Assembly (NCBI RefSeq): GCF_004010195.1
Contig: NC_057719.1
Coordinates: forward strand, 52,724,511-52,776,783
Source: Chiloscyllium plagiosum
Taxonomy: Eukaryota
Length of the DNA: 52,273 bases
Reading direction: 5' to 3'
The notes beneath the pieces are model-generated. The model saw nothing but the letters and a program-made list of their open reading frames with translations, searched no databases and was not told the DNA's origin. Of the stretch, positions 12,434-22,793 are shown piece after piece. How positions within the stretch are numbered: position 1 is the stretch's first letter; every line of letters begins with the position of its first letter. Position numbers and translations under genes: made by a program.

Positions 12434-12759
12434 TATTACATAATCAGACTTCATATTTCCACCCTTGAAATAATACCTTCTGCAATGGGTATAATTCAGC
12501 TGGTTTACCATTCATATGAGGATACAGACCCATCAGGGTTTCCCCTCACCATCTGTTTAGATGTACAAGTCTGTCAGCCACCTATTGTGCCCAACCAAAA
12601 GCCAGTTAAGAGGTCTGTATTGTGTTTTGGGTATGTGGGAACATTAACTCATCATCTCCTGAATCTGTATATGATTAGAGCTCATAACGTGGCCATTTGG
12701 CCCATCATGTCCATGCACTCTGCAAGAGAAACACATTTAATCCCAATCCTCTGTAATTT

Positions 12760-13420
12760 CTCTGTAAACCTGCATTTCTTTTTCAGATCAATGTCAAATG
12801 CACTATTAAGAACCATATTTGAATCTGACTCCATAACCTCCCCTGAGCATTCCACACCATTATCAAAGATTTTACTTGTCAACTTTTACTCATTTACCAT
12901 TTTCCTTTAATCAGTGTCTTCTACTTCTCAACCCTTGTGCCAATCAGAGCAGCTTTCTCTGGCCAGATCCCTCATGATTTTCAAACTCTTCTCAATCCTT
13001 TCCACTCTAAGGAAAGTAACCTTACTAGTGGGTGGCACAGTGGCACAGTAGGTAGCACTGCTGCCTCACAGCGCCAGAGACCCGGGTTCAATTCCCACCT
13101 CAGGCGACTGACTGTGTGGAGTTTGCACATTCTCCCCGTGTCTGCGTGGGTTTTCTCCGGGTGCTCCGGTTTCCTCCCACAGTCCAAAGATGTGCAGGTC
13201 AGGTGAATTGGCCATGCTAAATTGCCCGTAGTGTTAGGTAAACGGTAAATGTAGGGGTATGGGTGGATTGCGCTTCGGCGGGGCTGTGTGGACTTGTTGG
13301 GCCGAAGGGCCTGTTTCCACACTGTAAGTAATCTAAGTAATCTAATCTAGTTGATATCAGCAATCCTTGGAACTGTTGTCATAAATCTTCTCTGTACCCT
13401 GACTAATGTCTTTACACCAT
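12760..13420 (-). mobile_element. Old CR1 3' fragment split by an HE1 SINE
   Basis: Degenerate similarity to the CR1 RT C-terminus on both sides of 13030-13346. Confidence 0.5.
13030..13346 (+). mobile_element. Full-length HE1-type tRNA-derived V-SINE
   Basis: Pol III A box (tggcacagtagg) and B box (ggttcaattcc), V-domain tgtgtggagtttgcacattctccccgtgtctgcgtggg, CR1-like 3' end, (TAATC)n tail, flanking ctagt duplication. Confidence 0.93.
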
Positions 13421-13799
13421 AAGCAGCTGTGGCTGATTTCCACAAGCTATTAAAGCTATTATCAAATTAATTTTAATAAATTGCAATATTAATACTAAAT
13501 GGTAAATATAGTATAGATTACTGACCATAAATTGATATAAATATCCTCACAGTGAAATATGACCAACTACAGCTTGGAGTTATTTAACTTCTTACTTGTT
13601 TCCCTGCAACATGCCTTCTAGGGGATCAATGACCAATAATTCCTTCCGAACTGCACTGCCATTGTAATTAGACTGAAATGCAGTAAAAGCACCTTGTTTG
13701 TGTGTAAGATGTGGAGCACAATCTCATAGAGGTGTGAGAATGCAGCTATGGTGAAAAATGTATCAGAGTTGAGTGAGAAATCTTGCAAAGCCTATCTCG

Positions 13800-14870
13800 A
13801 CTTCAGGAGCAACTCATGCCTCTTTCATGTCATTGCCACGTGGTGAGGTAAGACTTAGGTGCATCTGGGCAGTAACCAATGCCATTTGTGCAGGGTCATA
13901 CTGGTTCATTTAGTTTCTCCATGATAAAGTCAGTGCTGCTGCCTAGGCAATAGGATTCAGGGATATAACTTGACATCCCGCAGGTACCGGCTGCCATGAA
14001 CTGCACAAGTGATACCGAGCTTTTATGGCTTGGAAAAGGTGGATGCTAGGAAATTGTTTCAGTTAAACGAGGAGACTAGGACCCGTGGACACAGCCTTAG
14101 AATTAGAGGGGGTCATTTCAGAACAGAAATGCGGAGACATTTCTTCAGCCAGAGAGTGGTGGGCCTGTGGAATTCATTGCCACGGAGTGCAGTGGAAGCC
14201 GGGACGCTAAATGTCTTCAAGGCCGAGATTGATAGATTCTTGCTTTCTCGAGGAATTAAGGGCTACGGGGAGAACGCTGGCAAGTGGAGCTGAAATGCGC
14301 ATCAGCCATGATTGAATGGCGGAGTGGACTCGATGGGCCGAATGGCCTTACTTCCACTCCTATGTCTTATGGTCTTATGGTCTAATGGAGAGGGCTGTAT
14401 CACAATGTTGTGGAATTCATCAAAAGTAAGGGGTTCCAAACAACTAATGTTCAGATGATCTATAGTCATCATGGCCACTCTCTGGAGATATGTGTCCACT
14501 GTCCTGGTAGCTGCCATGACATGCTATATCCTAGAGCACCTCGTTTACCTGCAGCATTTCAGGGTCCAAGGACCTCACAAGGCTGGTTACTGGGGGATAT
14601 GGGGTACCCAGTGCAACTATGGCTTTTTATAACCCTGCGAAAACTCCTAACTGATGTGGAGCACAGATATAATGTCACCCATGCATTGACCTAGATCGTG
14701 ATGGAATAGTTGATAGGGCTGATGAAGATATGGTTCTCTGTATTGGTAGAGGGGCCTTTCTGTACAGACCAGACAGACTGCATTGTATCAACATGGTGTG
14801 CTGCACTCTGGAGAATTGGAGCAGCCAATGAGAGAATGTGATAGATGCTGAGAAGCTGGGGCTACTAAAG
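13800..14870 (+). pseudogene. PIF/Harbinger (HARBI1-like, DDE_Tnp_4) transposase relic
   Basis: PQVPAAMNCT (=PxVQGAIDCT), KGFQTTNVQMI, PGSCHD, GWLLGDMGYP, RYNVTHALT, CCTLEN motifs in the expected order; stops and a CR1 insertion. Confidence 0.85.
14021..14383 (+). mobile_element. Young 5'-truncated CR1 insertion
   Basis: Intact RT C-terminus TRTRGHSLRI..FFSQRVVGLWNSLP..FKAEIDRFL, 3'UTR and (GTCTTATG)n tail; CpGs retained. Confidence 0.92.
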
Positions 14871-15299
14871 TAATCTTCCGAGGAGGAGGATGTGGATACT
14901 GGGGGGAAAGCAGCTCCCCTTACCCAAGATGGAACTTGGACACTCGGGCATTACAAGCCAAACAGGTCCTGATTGACACCCAGTTCCAACAGATGACAGC
15001 TGGGTGCAGCAACAATCATGGACTGTGAAATACTCATTGGAAACACTGCAGTGTTTGGTTTGCACTGTCAGTGAAATGCAGCGACTAATTATTTTGTTTG
15101 TAAAATATAGGTTAGAGCAATTACCTTGCGAGAGAAGTACCTTGGGACATGGTCAGTTACAAATAATGAAGTGAATTTGGTAAAATATGGCAACAAAATT
15201 CACTGAAACTCACAGAGTGAACCATTCCATGAAAATCGCTGAAACTGACACTTATCCAGAAAAAAAATAAGATTTAGCCCCAGTTTCCATTTCACAATG

Positions 15300-15523
15300 G
15301 TAAAAACAAGGACTGCAGATGCTGGAAATCAGAGTCTAGATTAGAGTGGTGCTGGAAAAGCACAGCAGGTCAGGCAGCATCCGAGGAGCAGGAAAATCGA
15401 CGATTCAGGCAAAAGCTCTTCATCAGGTTTCCTATGAAGAGCTTTTGTCTGAAACGTCGATTTTCCTGCTCCTCAGATGCTGCCTGACCTGCTGTGCTTT
15501 TCAAGCATCACTCTAACCTAAAC
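15300..15523 (-). mobile_element. Fold-back element family 1 with hammerhead-like motifs on both strands
   Basis: ~90-bp inverted arms; minus-strand cctgatgaagagcttttgcctgaatcgtc and plus-strand cctatgaagagcttttgtctgaaacgtc; perfect 15-bp TSD ttccatttcacaatg at 15285-15299 and 15524-15538. Confidence 0.9.
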
Positions 15524-15757
15524 TTCCATTTCACAATGTCTGAGCATGAATGGTTGCAAGTATATTCCTTAAAGGTTCATAAAGATAAAACAATGGAATG
15601 TTACTTTTTTTTTTAAATCACTGATGGAAATTTACTACATAAAAACCAATGTAGGTTAACCATGAGAATTGAATAACTGAATGAAAAGTAGTTTGAAAAT
15701 AATCATAAATACCTCCTGGTCCATTCTCCAATTATGGGAAAATAAAAGTTGAAGATT

Positions 15758-17375
15758 TATAGAATCATAAAGATCTATAGTATAGCAAAAGGCAGTTTGG
15801 CCCATCAGGTCTGTGCTGGTCAAATTCAACCATTGAATAATTCCAAACCCATTTTCCAGCCCTGAGCCAATAGCCTTGCATGCCTTGACACCTAAATATA
15901 TCTTAAATATTCTGAGGATTTTGCCTCTACAACCTTACAGAAAGAGAGTTCCAGACTCCCACTACTCTCTGGATGAAAAAGCTTTTCCTGACACCCCCTC
16001 CAATTGGTTAATTTGCCTTAAATCTCAGTCTCCTGGAGATTAATCCCTCCATCAAGGGGGTAAATTTCTTCCTGTCTACCTTGTTTCTGCTCCTCATAGT
16101 GTTATGCATCTCAATCATGGCCCCTCTCTCTCAGGAAAACAACCCTAATCTATCCAATCTCTCTTCAAAACTGAAACTCTCCAGCTGAGGTAACATCCTA
16201 TAATTCTTCTCTGCACCATCCTGTAATGTAGATTCCAGAACTGCACACAATACTCTAGCTGTAGTCTAATGTTAGTCTTATTCAGTTCCAGCATTATCTC
16301 CCTGTTCTTTGCTTGACTAATAAAGGCAAATTTTCCATATACCTTCTTAACCACATTATCCAACTTCACTGATGCCTAAGGGACCCGTGTACATGCACAC
16401 CAAGGTCCCTCTGATCGCCAGTTCATCCCAAGGCCCTACGTTCATCCTGTATTCCCTTGTCCTGTTTGTCCTAGCAAAGTGCATTACCTCACATTTATCT
16501 GCATTGAATTCCATTTGTCCCTGATGACCCCATTTAAGCAGCCATCTATATCCTCTTGTAGACTAACACTATCCCCCTCACTATTTACCTCCTCATCAAT
16601 TTTTCAGTCATCTGTGAACTTATTGATCAACCCTCCTACAGTCAAGTATAAATCATTTATATAAACCACAAACAGCAAGAACCCTTACACTGACCACTGT
16701 GGAACCCAACTGGGCACAGACCCCGTTTGGAAAAACACCCCTAAGCCTATTGAGGGTCCAGTTTGCTAAATTTTCTTGTATTCCATGGGCCTTGCCATCA
16801 GCGTCCCAACTAGGACCTTACCAAAAAACTTGCTGAAGTCCAGGTCGACTACATCACATTCATTGCTGTCATTTACAGAAGTGGTCACCTCTTTGAAAAA
16901 TTCAATCTTGTTGATCAGACATGTCCTCCTTTTAATTAAACAATACTGACTATCCTCAATTAATCCTTGCCTTTCCAAATGTAGATTAATTCCATCTCTC
17001 AGTATTACTTCCAAATGTTTCCCCACCACTGAGGTTAGACTGATTATTCTACAATTTCCTGGTTTACCCCTTGTTCCTGTCTTGAGTAATGATACCATGT
17101 TGACTGGCATCCAGTATGCCGACACCTCTCCTGTGGCCAGACAGGAATCAAACTTTTTGCAAGCAATCTTGCTATTTGCTCCCTTACCTCATTCAACAAC
17201 CTGGTTTATATTTCATCTTGCCTTGGAAATTTATCTATTTATCTATTCTTTAACCCGCCAGAGCACTTAGAACTTCCTCTCTGTTAATGCTAATTTCTTT
17301 AATTGTATCACAGGTCTTCTCCCTGATTTTTATACTCTCTCTCCCCTCTCATTACTGAACACTGACCAAAAGTAA
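15758..17375 (-). mobile_element. Decayed CR1 LINE (RT region and 3' end)
   Basis: PGNCRIISLTSVVGKHLE, DVVDLDFSKFFGKV, RLQLEYCVQFW motifs; atagaatcata tail. Confidence 0.88.
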
Positions 17376-17387
17376 TAGGTTCATTGA

Positions 17388-17520
17388 CATAGAGCATAAA
17401 ACATTACAGTGCAGTACAGGCCCTTCGGCCCTCGATGTTGCACCGAACTGTAAAACCAATCTGAAACCCATCTAGCCTACACTATTCCATTTTCATCCAT
17501 ATGTCTATCCAAATGACAAT
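17388..17520 (-). mobile_element. CR1 3'UTR fragment
   Basis: catagagcataaaaca tail and aggcccttcggccc motif. Confidence 0.65.
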
Positions 17521-17564
17521 TTGAGAGAATATAGAAATTACATTTAACTGATGGCATAATAAAA

Positions 17565-17690
17565 CATGAACACAAAACGTTAACTCTGTTTTCTCTACAC
17601 AGATGCTTCCAGATCTGCTGAGCTTTTCTAGCATTTTCTTTTTTTGGTTATGATTTACAGCATCCATAGTTCTTTCAGTTTTTATTTGAT
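17565..17690 (+). mobile_element. Single arm of fold-back family 2
   Basis: aaaacgttaactctgttttctctacacagatgcttccagatctgctgagcttttc is similar to 5416-5480. Confidence 0.65.
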
Positions 17691-18184
17691 ACAATAAACA
17701 TGCTCTTTCAACTGCATTTATGATGTTGTAAACTATCATCATCAAAGCAATTTTAAAAAACTATACATCATGTTACTGTTAGATTTCCCCCTTTTGAGTT
17801 TGAAAATGAGGACTTGATCTATGTTTACTTCTGTTTCTTCCTGCTTCAAGACTCTTTAAGTTGTAACCCTATGCAACATTCAAAATGAAAAATGCATTAA
17901 TCTTCATTCACTTAAATATACTAATAATCTGTCAGTGGAGCTATCACTTTGGACTTGTGTTTCTCAGTTACTGGTTTTTGGATAATTTTCATTCATTGAG
18001 CCTTGGTTATTTAACAGAGTTGACATTAAACCTTTGTGACGGGCAGGAAAGGGTCAGAGAATTTGAATTGTCAAATTTGTAAAACTGACCACAACTGAAC
18101 ACACTTATGCCTTTCTCACTTTAATTGCAGCAGACCTCAGGGAATCTGTGCTCTGTAAAGACAGTTTTGTTGTTATATTTCATT

Positions 18185-20300
18185 GAATCATAGAATTTTT
18201 CAGTCCAAAAGGAGACCATTCAACACATTGTTTCTGTCCACATTCCCAACAGAACTACCCAGCTAGTCCCGTTCTCCAGCTCCATCCCCATGGCCCTCTA
18301 ATTACATCACTTTCAAAGATATATCCAGCTATCTTTCCAATCCTCCCATGGAATCGACCTCCACCATTCTCCAAGGTAGCACATTCAAAATGCTTAGAAC
18401 TCTCTGAGTAAAATAATGCTCTCTCATTAGTTATTGTCAGACCATCTCATAAAAACAGAAGATCCTTCTTTACCCTGTCAAAATTGCTCTTCAATTTGAA
18501 CATCTCAATAAGGTCACCTCTTAATCTTCTCTGCTTCAAGGATAATAAATCCAATTTCTTTAATCTTCCTTGTATCTAAAATGCCTAATCCTTGGAATCT
18601 CTAGAAAGCCTCCTTTGAACTCTCTCCAGAGTTTTAACATCCTTCCTCAAATAAAGTGCATAAACTAAACACAAAATTCCAAATGTGGTCAGTCAATTTA
18701 TTTGTAGAGATGCAGCACCAGTTCCTGGGTCTTTTATACCCTATGGTCTATTTTGAAAAACAGGAATTCTACAAGTCTTATTTCAGCTTGTCTGGCCACT
18801 TTCGGAGAATTATGCATGTGAAATGCAAGGTCTGTCTGTTCTTGTACTCCCCATTCAGCCTGTATTGTCTCTCTGTGTTTCTTCTACCAAAATGCATTAC
18901 CTTAATATTTCTCTGTATTGAAATTCATCTGCCAGGTATCTACCCATTTGACCAACTTGTCAATGTCCCTCTGGAGTTGCTCAACATCATCCTTACAATT
19001 CACTATTTTCCTTGGTTCAGCATCAACTGCAAATTTAGAGATTTTGATCTCAACATCTATTTCCAAATCATTTATATAAATCAATGAAAGCAAGGGTCCC
19101 AAAGCTAATCCCTGAGGAATATCATTTGTTATTCATCCCCAATGTGAGAAATGCCTATCCCCATTTCCTATCTTTTAGCCAATTTCTAATCTATGCTGGC
19201 ATGGATCCAGCAATCCCAAACATTTCTAATTTGCTAGCCAACCCGCCATGTGAAACCGTATCAAATTCTTTCTAAACCTCCAAGTATATAATATTCATAA
19301 CATTACCCTCACTCATTGCCTGTATCATCTCGTCAGAGAATTCTATTTGTTAGACATGGCCTGCTGTCGACAAAACCATATTGACCGTCTAGAATAAACT
19401 TATTTTTCTCGAACTGTATATTTACCTTATGCCTTCCATCAGTTTTCTCACTATTAATATCAAACCCACAGAACTGTAGGTCCCTGGGTTACACTTTGAC
19501 ATTGTCTCAAAACAATCGATTCATATTTGCAATCCTCCAAACTCTAGGATAAATCCTGTGTTCAGAGTGGCCTGAAAAGTTTCTGTCAATACCTCTGCAA
19601 TTTTTGCCTTTACCTCAGTTAGCATGCATCCCATCAGGCCTAGAGACTTGTTTATCTGGAGGGTACCCAGCCCTTTTAGCACCTCTTCTTAATCTATTAT
19701 GTATTAATCATTTGCTCAACACTCAAGTTTTCAACTAGGCCATTGTTGACATCTTCAAATTTGGTAAAGAAAGAAGTAAAATATTCATTAAATACTTCTG
19801 CCATATCCTTTAATTCATGGAGAAGCTTACCCTGTTTGTTTCTTATGGGTCCCACTCTATCCTTCATTAATCTTTTACTATCAATATATTTGAAGAACAT
19901 TTTAATGTTTTTTTTAGCAAAGCTTGCCAGCCTTTCCTCATGCTTCCTTTTAACTTTTCTCATTCCAGCTTTAGCCTCTGATCTGCATTTCAGATACTCT
20001 TCCTGATGTCTATTGCTGGAATGTATCTTATGACTCCTTTATCTTCCTAATTTCTCATCAATATCCTTAGTCATCCAGGGTACTCTAGCTTTGGCCATGA
20101 TGTATTTATTTTTCATGCATATATATCTAACTTGCATCTTATTCATCTCTCTTTTATAGTTCTTCCACCTCTGTTCCAGAATGAGGATCCTTTCACGCAA
20201 AGTTTAAAACTGATCAATTTTAAGGCTATTTTGAAAAATGTATAAAGTGATATCATTGCTTCCTTCTCCTAAAAATTGCATAAAACCAATGTCATGAAAT
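18185..20300 (-). mobile_element. Old CR1 LINE, ORF2 remnant (may extend to ~20600)
   Basis: GPLLSLIYINDL..ISKFAVD..LQRDIDKLVKW..WQMNFN and KMFFKYIDSKR..RVGPIR..MAEVFNEYFTSFFT. Confidence 0.88.
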
Positions 20301-21246
20301 TCACTAGTGATGAGCCTGGGATCAAGTTCAATGGTAACTTATAAATTGAATCCCATTAAAATGTTTGAGTTGAATGGGATGACTTTTGCAGACACATCTA
20401 TAGTGCCTGTCCATCCCACTCTAATGGGGATTATGCTGGACAGTTACACAGAAAGGTTGGAACTTGAGGAAACTGATCAATTTTCATCCACATCCATCAA
20501 TCCCTCAAAATATTTCTTCAAGAAGCCCTTGTGTGAAGAGTTGATCTTGGATTCAAGGAAATTGAAAGAATTTCTTACCTTTCTATAAGTTTTCAGCTTT
20601 AACAATATCAGGTTAATGTAGTCAGGGGAAAAAAAATTACAGCCATAGCAGAGGCCATTTGGAAGAGTCCTCAGCAAAAATCCTCCTGATATTTATCAAA
20701 ACACTTTTAATTACAATCAGAAAGCAGGCACAGAATAATTATCATTCATTGTTGCAAGCCAATAACAGATGCTGTATCTAGGATGCTATGGGTCTGATGC
20801 TCTTCTGAGATGATTGTGGAATCTGACCCTACTTATCTTGGGCATCATTCAATTTATCATTTTATTTAATTACACCAGTATTTCAAGCCTTTTACATTTA
20901 TATTCAACATTACTCTTCCAAGACAGTACTTTATAATTATAAACCTTGTAAAAGGGAAGAACTTTGAAAAACATATTTTTCTTTAGATATTGTTGAATTC
21001 AGTGACAATCTAGTGATGAACTTGGACAGGACACACTGCAGTATAACCTGCTATAGACAGAGAAGGGGGAATGGGAGGGAAATGATGCCCACTTTCATTC
21101 ATAGGAAACATGCCGCATGATCCCTACATCTGGTCATGTTGAGACAGGCAGTACTCAAAATTTCCTTTGGCTGTTTATCACAGTGATTGCAGTTTGTAGC
21201 CCAGTGATGTATGCTACTGGCTGCCCACTGGTCCAACAGTTTGTAG

Positions 21247-21556
21247 TTAGATTAGATTACTTACAGTGTGGAAACAGGCCCTTTGGCCCAACAAGTCCAC
21301 ACCGACCCACCAAAGCTTAACCCACCCAGACCCATTGCCCCTACACCTAACACTATAGGCAATTTAGCATGGCCAATTTGCCTAGCCTGCACATTTTTTT
21401 GGATTGTGGGAGGAACCCGGAGCACCCGGAGAAAACCCACGCAGACACGGGGAGAATGTGCAAACTCCCCACAGTCAGTTGCCTGAGGCGGGAATTGAAC
21501 CCGGGTCTCTAGCGCTGTGAGGCAACAGTGCTAACCACTGTGCCACCGTGCCGCCC
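21247..21556 (-). mobile_element. HE1-type SINE
   Basis: Reverse complement of the 13030-13346 element with (GATTA)n tail. Confidence 0.93.
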
Positions 21557-21570
21557 AAATTTTTTTTTTT

Positions 21571-21780
21571 ACATTTACCCCTTACCTAACACTACGGGCA
21601 ATTTAGCATGGGCAATTCACCTTACCTGCACATCTTTGGACTGTGGGAGGAAACCGGAGCACCCGGAGGAAACCCACGCAGACACGGGGAGAACATGCAA
21701 ACTCCACACAGTCAGTCGCCTGAGGCGGGAATTGAACCCGGGTCTCTGGCGCTGTGAGGCAGCGTGCCACCATGCCACCC
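21571..21780 (-). mobile_element. 3'-truncated HE1-type SINE
   Basis: tRNA head and V domain present; CR1-derived tail absent. Confidence 0.9.
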
Positions 21781-21844
21781 ATCATAGTTAGTATGATACA
21801 GAGCTAGCCTGAAGCTCTTAAAGTCAGTGCACCCAATAAACAAC

Positions 21845-22065
21845 AAGCTTCACTCATGAAGTGGCCCATCTTGAATTAGTGATTTGAGGTGGAAGGGGAA
21901 GTGATGGCATATTTCTACAAGAGGCTCAGAGACCCTCAAGCACAGGCTGTGAAGATAATGAAAGCAGAGGCTTTAGATATTATTTCCAGAAATCTGTCCT
22001 CACCGGCTAGATTGCAGTTTCAGTAAAAGTCAAAGCCTTCTCAAATGGTCAAGGTCAGTGAATGC
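21845..22065 (+). mobile_element. Possible Harbinger Myb/SANT gene relic
   Basis: Ends in tggtcaaggtcagtg, resembling related stretches at ~7300 and ~31740. Heavily decayed. Confidence 0.25.
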
Positions 22066-22525
22066 AACTTTTCATGACATCTGTTACTCATTGCACTACC
22101 CGCTGTTCACAGTGCTGATGCATGACACACCCATCACTTTTTTAAAATTTACTGAGTTACGTGATTTTCCCCTCATTTATTGAATTTAAAAGTGTTTATT
22201 CCTCCATTCAGTTATAAGACATGTATTGCCTCAGTAAAGTGGAAGATTGTTTGTTTCTCTCCTTGAGTGCATCTTGAGGCTCCAGCAGTGGAGGTTATCT
22301 GCACAGGGGATGTCTTATCCTGAACCTATTTAATAAAGATCACACACATGGACAGTTCAAAACCTGCCATTCTACAGGTGGGGTTTCGCAAAAGGAAGAC
22401 GTTAATGAATTTCCATGTTTCTAATTCCTTGATCTTATAGATATCTGCTGGTAGATCTTGCCCAGGAAGGTTACTCCTTGTGTGGCACGAAGATGGAAAA
22501 CAGGCAGTAGGTTTCTTGAACATAC

Positions 22526-22624
22526 CATTATGTGGTGAAATGTGAGATTCAGCACGGATGGTTTCAATGAGCTCCGAGAATTCTGTTGCTTGGCGACTGT
22601 GTGTCAAGGAGTGAGAACATGAAG
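22526..22624 (-). CDS. Candidate 99-nt coding exon of an unidentified gene (SCSHSLTHSRQATEFSELIETIRAESHISPHN)
   Basis: Strong acceptor cttcatttcccttttctag|, donor G|gtatgt, length divisible by 3, only one frame open (phase 1-1). The frame also stays open to a stop at 22326. Confidence 0.35.
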
Positions 22625-22793
22625 CTAGAAAAGGGAAATGAAGCAAAAGTTTAGATTCATTATTATCATTGTTGCATTCAATAGAGTGTCAACAAGATGA
22701 ATATTTGAGGATCTTTGCTGGACAAGTGCCCAGTACTCCCTCACAGAGAATGATAGGGGAAGTGGTGAGGCCTAGACTGTTGTGACAACAGTT

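Noticed and set aside
12365..12910. 181-aa plus-strand ORF
   Set aside because: Spans an LTR and an old CR1 fragment; no protein-like motif; alternative start codon.
13030..13100. tRNA gene
   Set aside because: The A/B boxes belong to the tRNA-derived head of an HE1 SINE.
14410..14694. Domesticated HARBI1 gene
   Set aside because: In-frame stops, degraded motifs and a CR1 insertion indicate a dead transposon.
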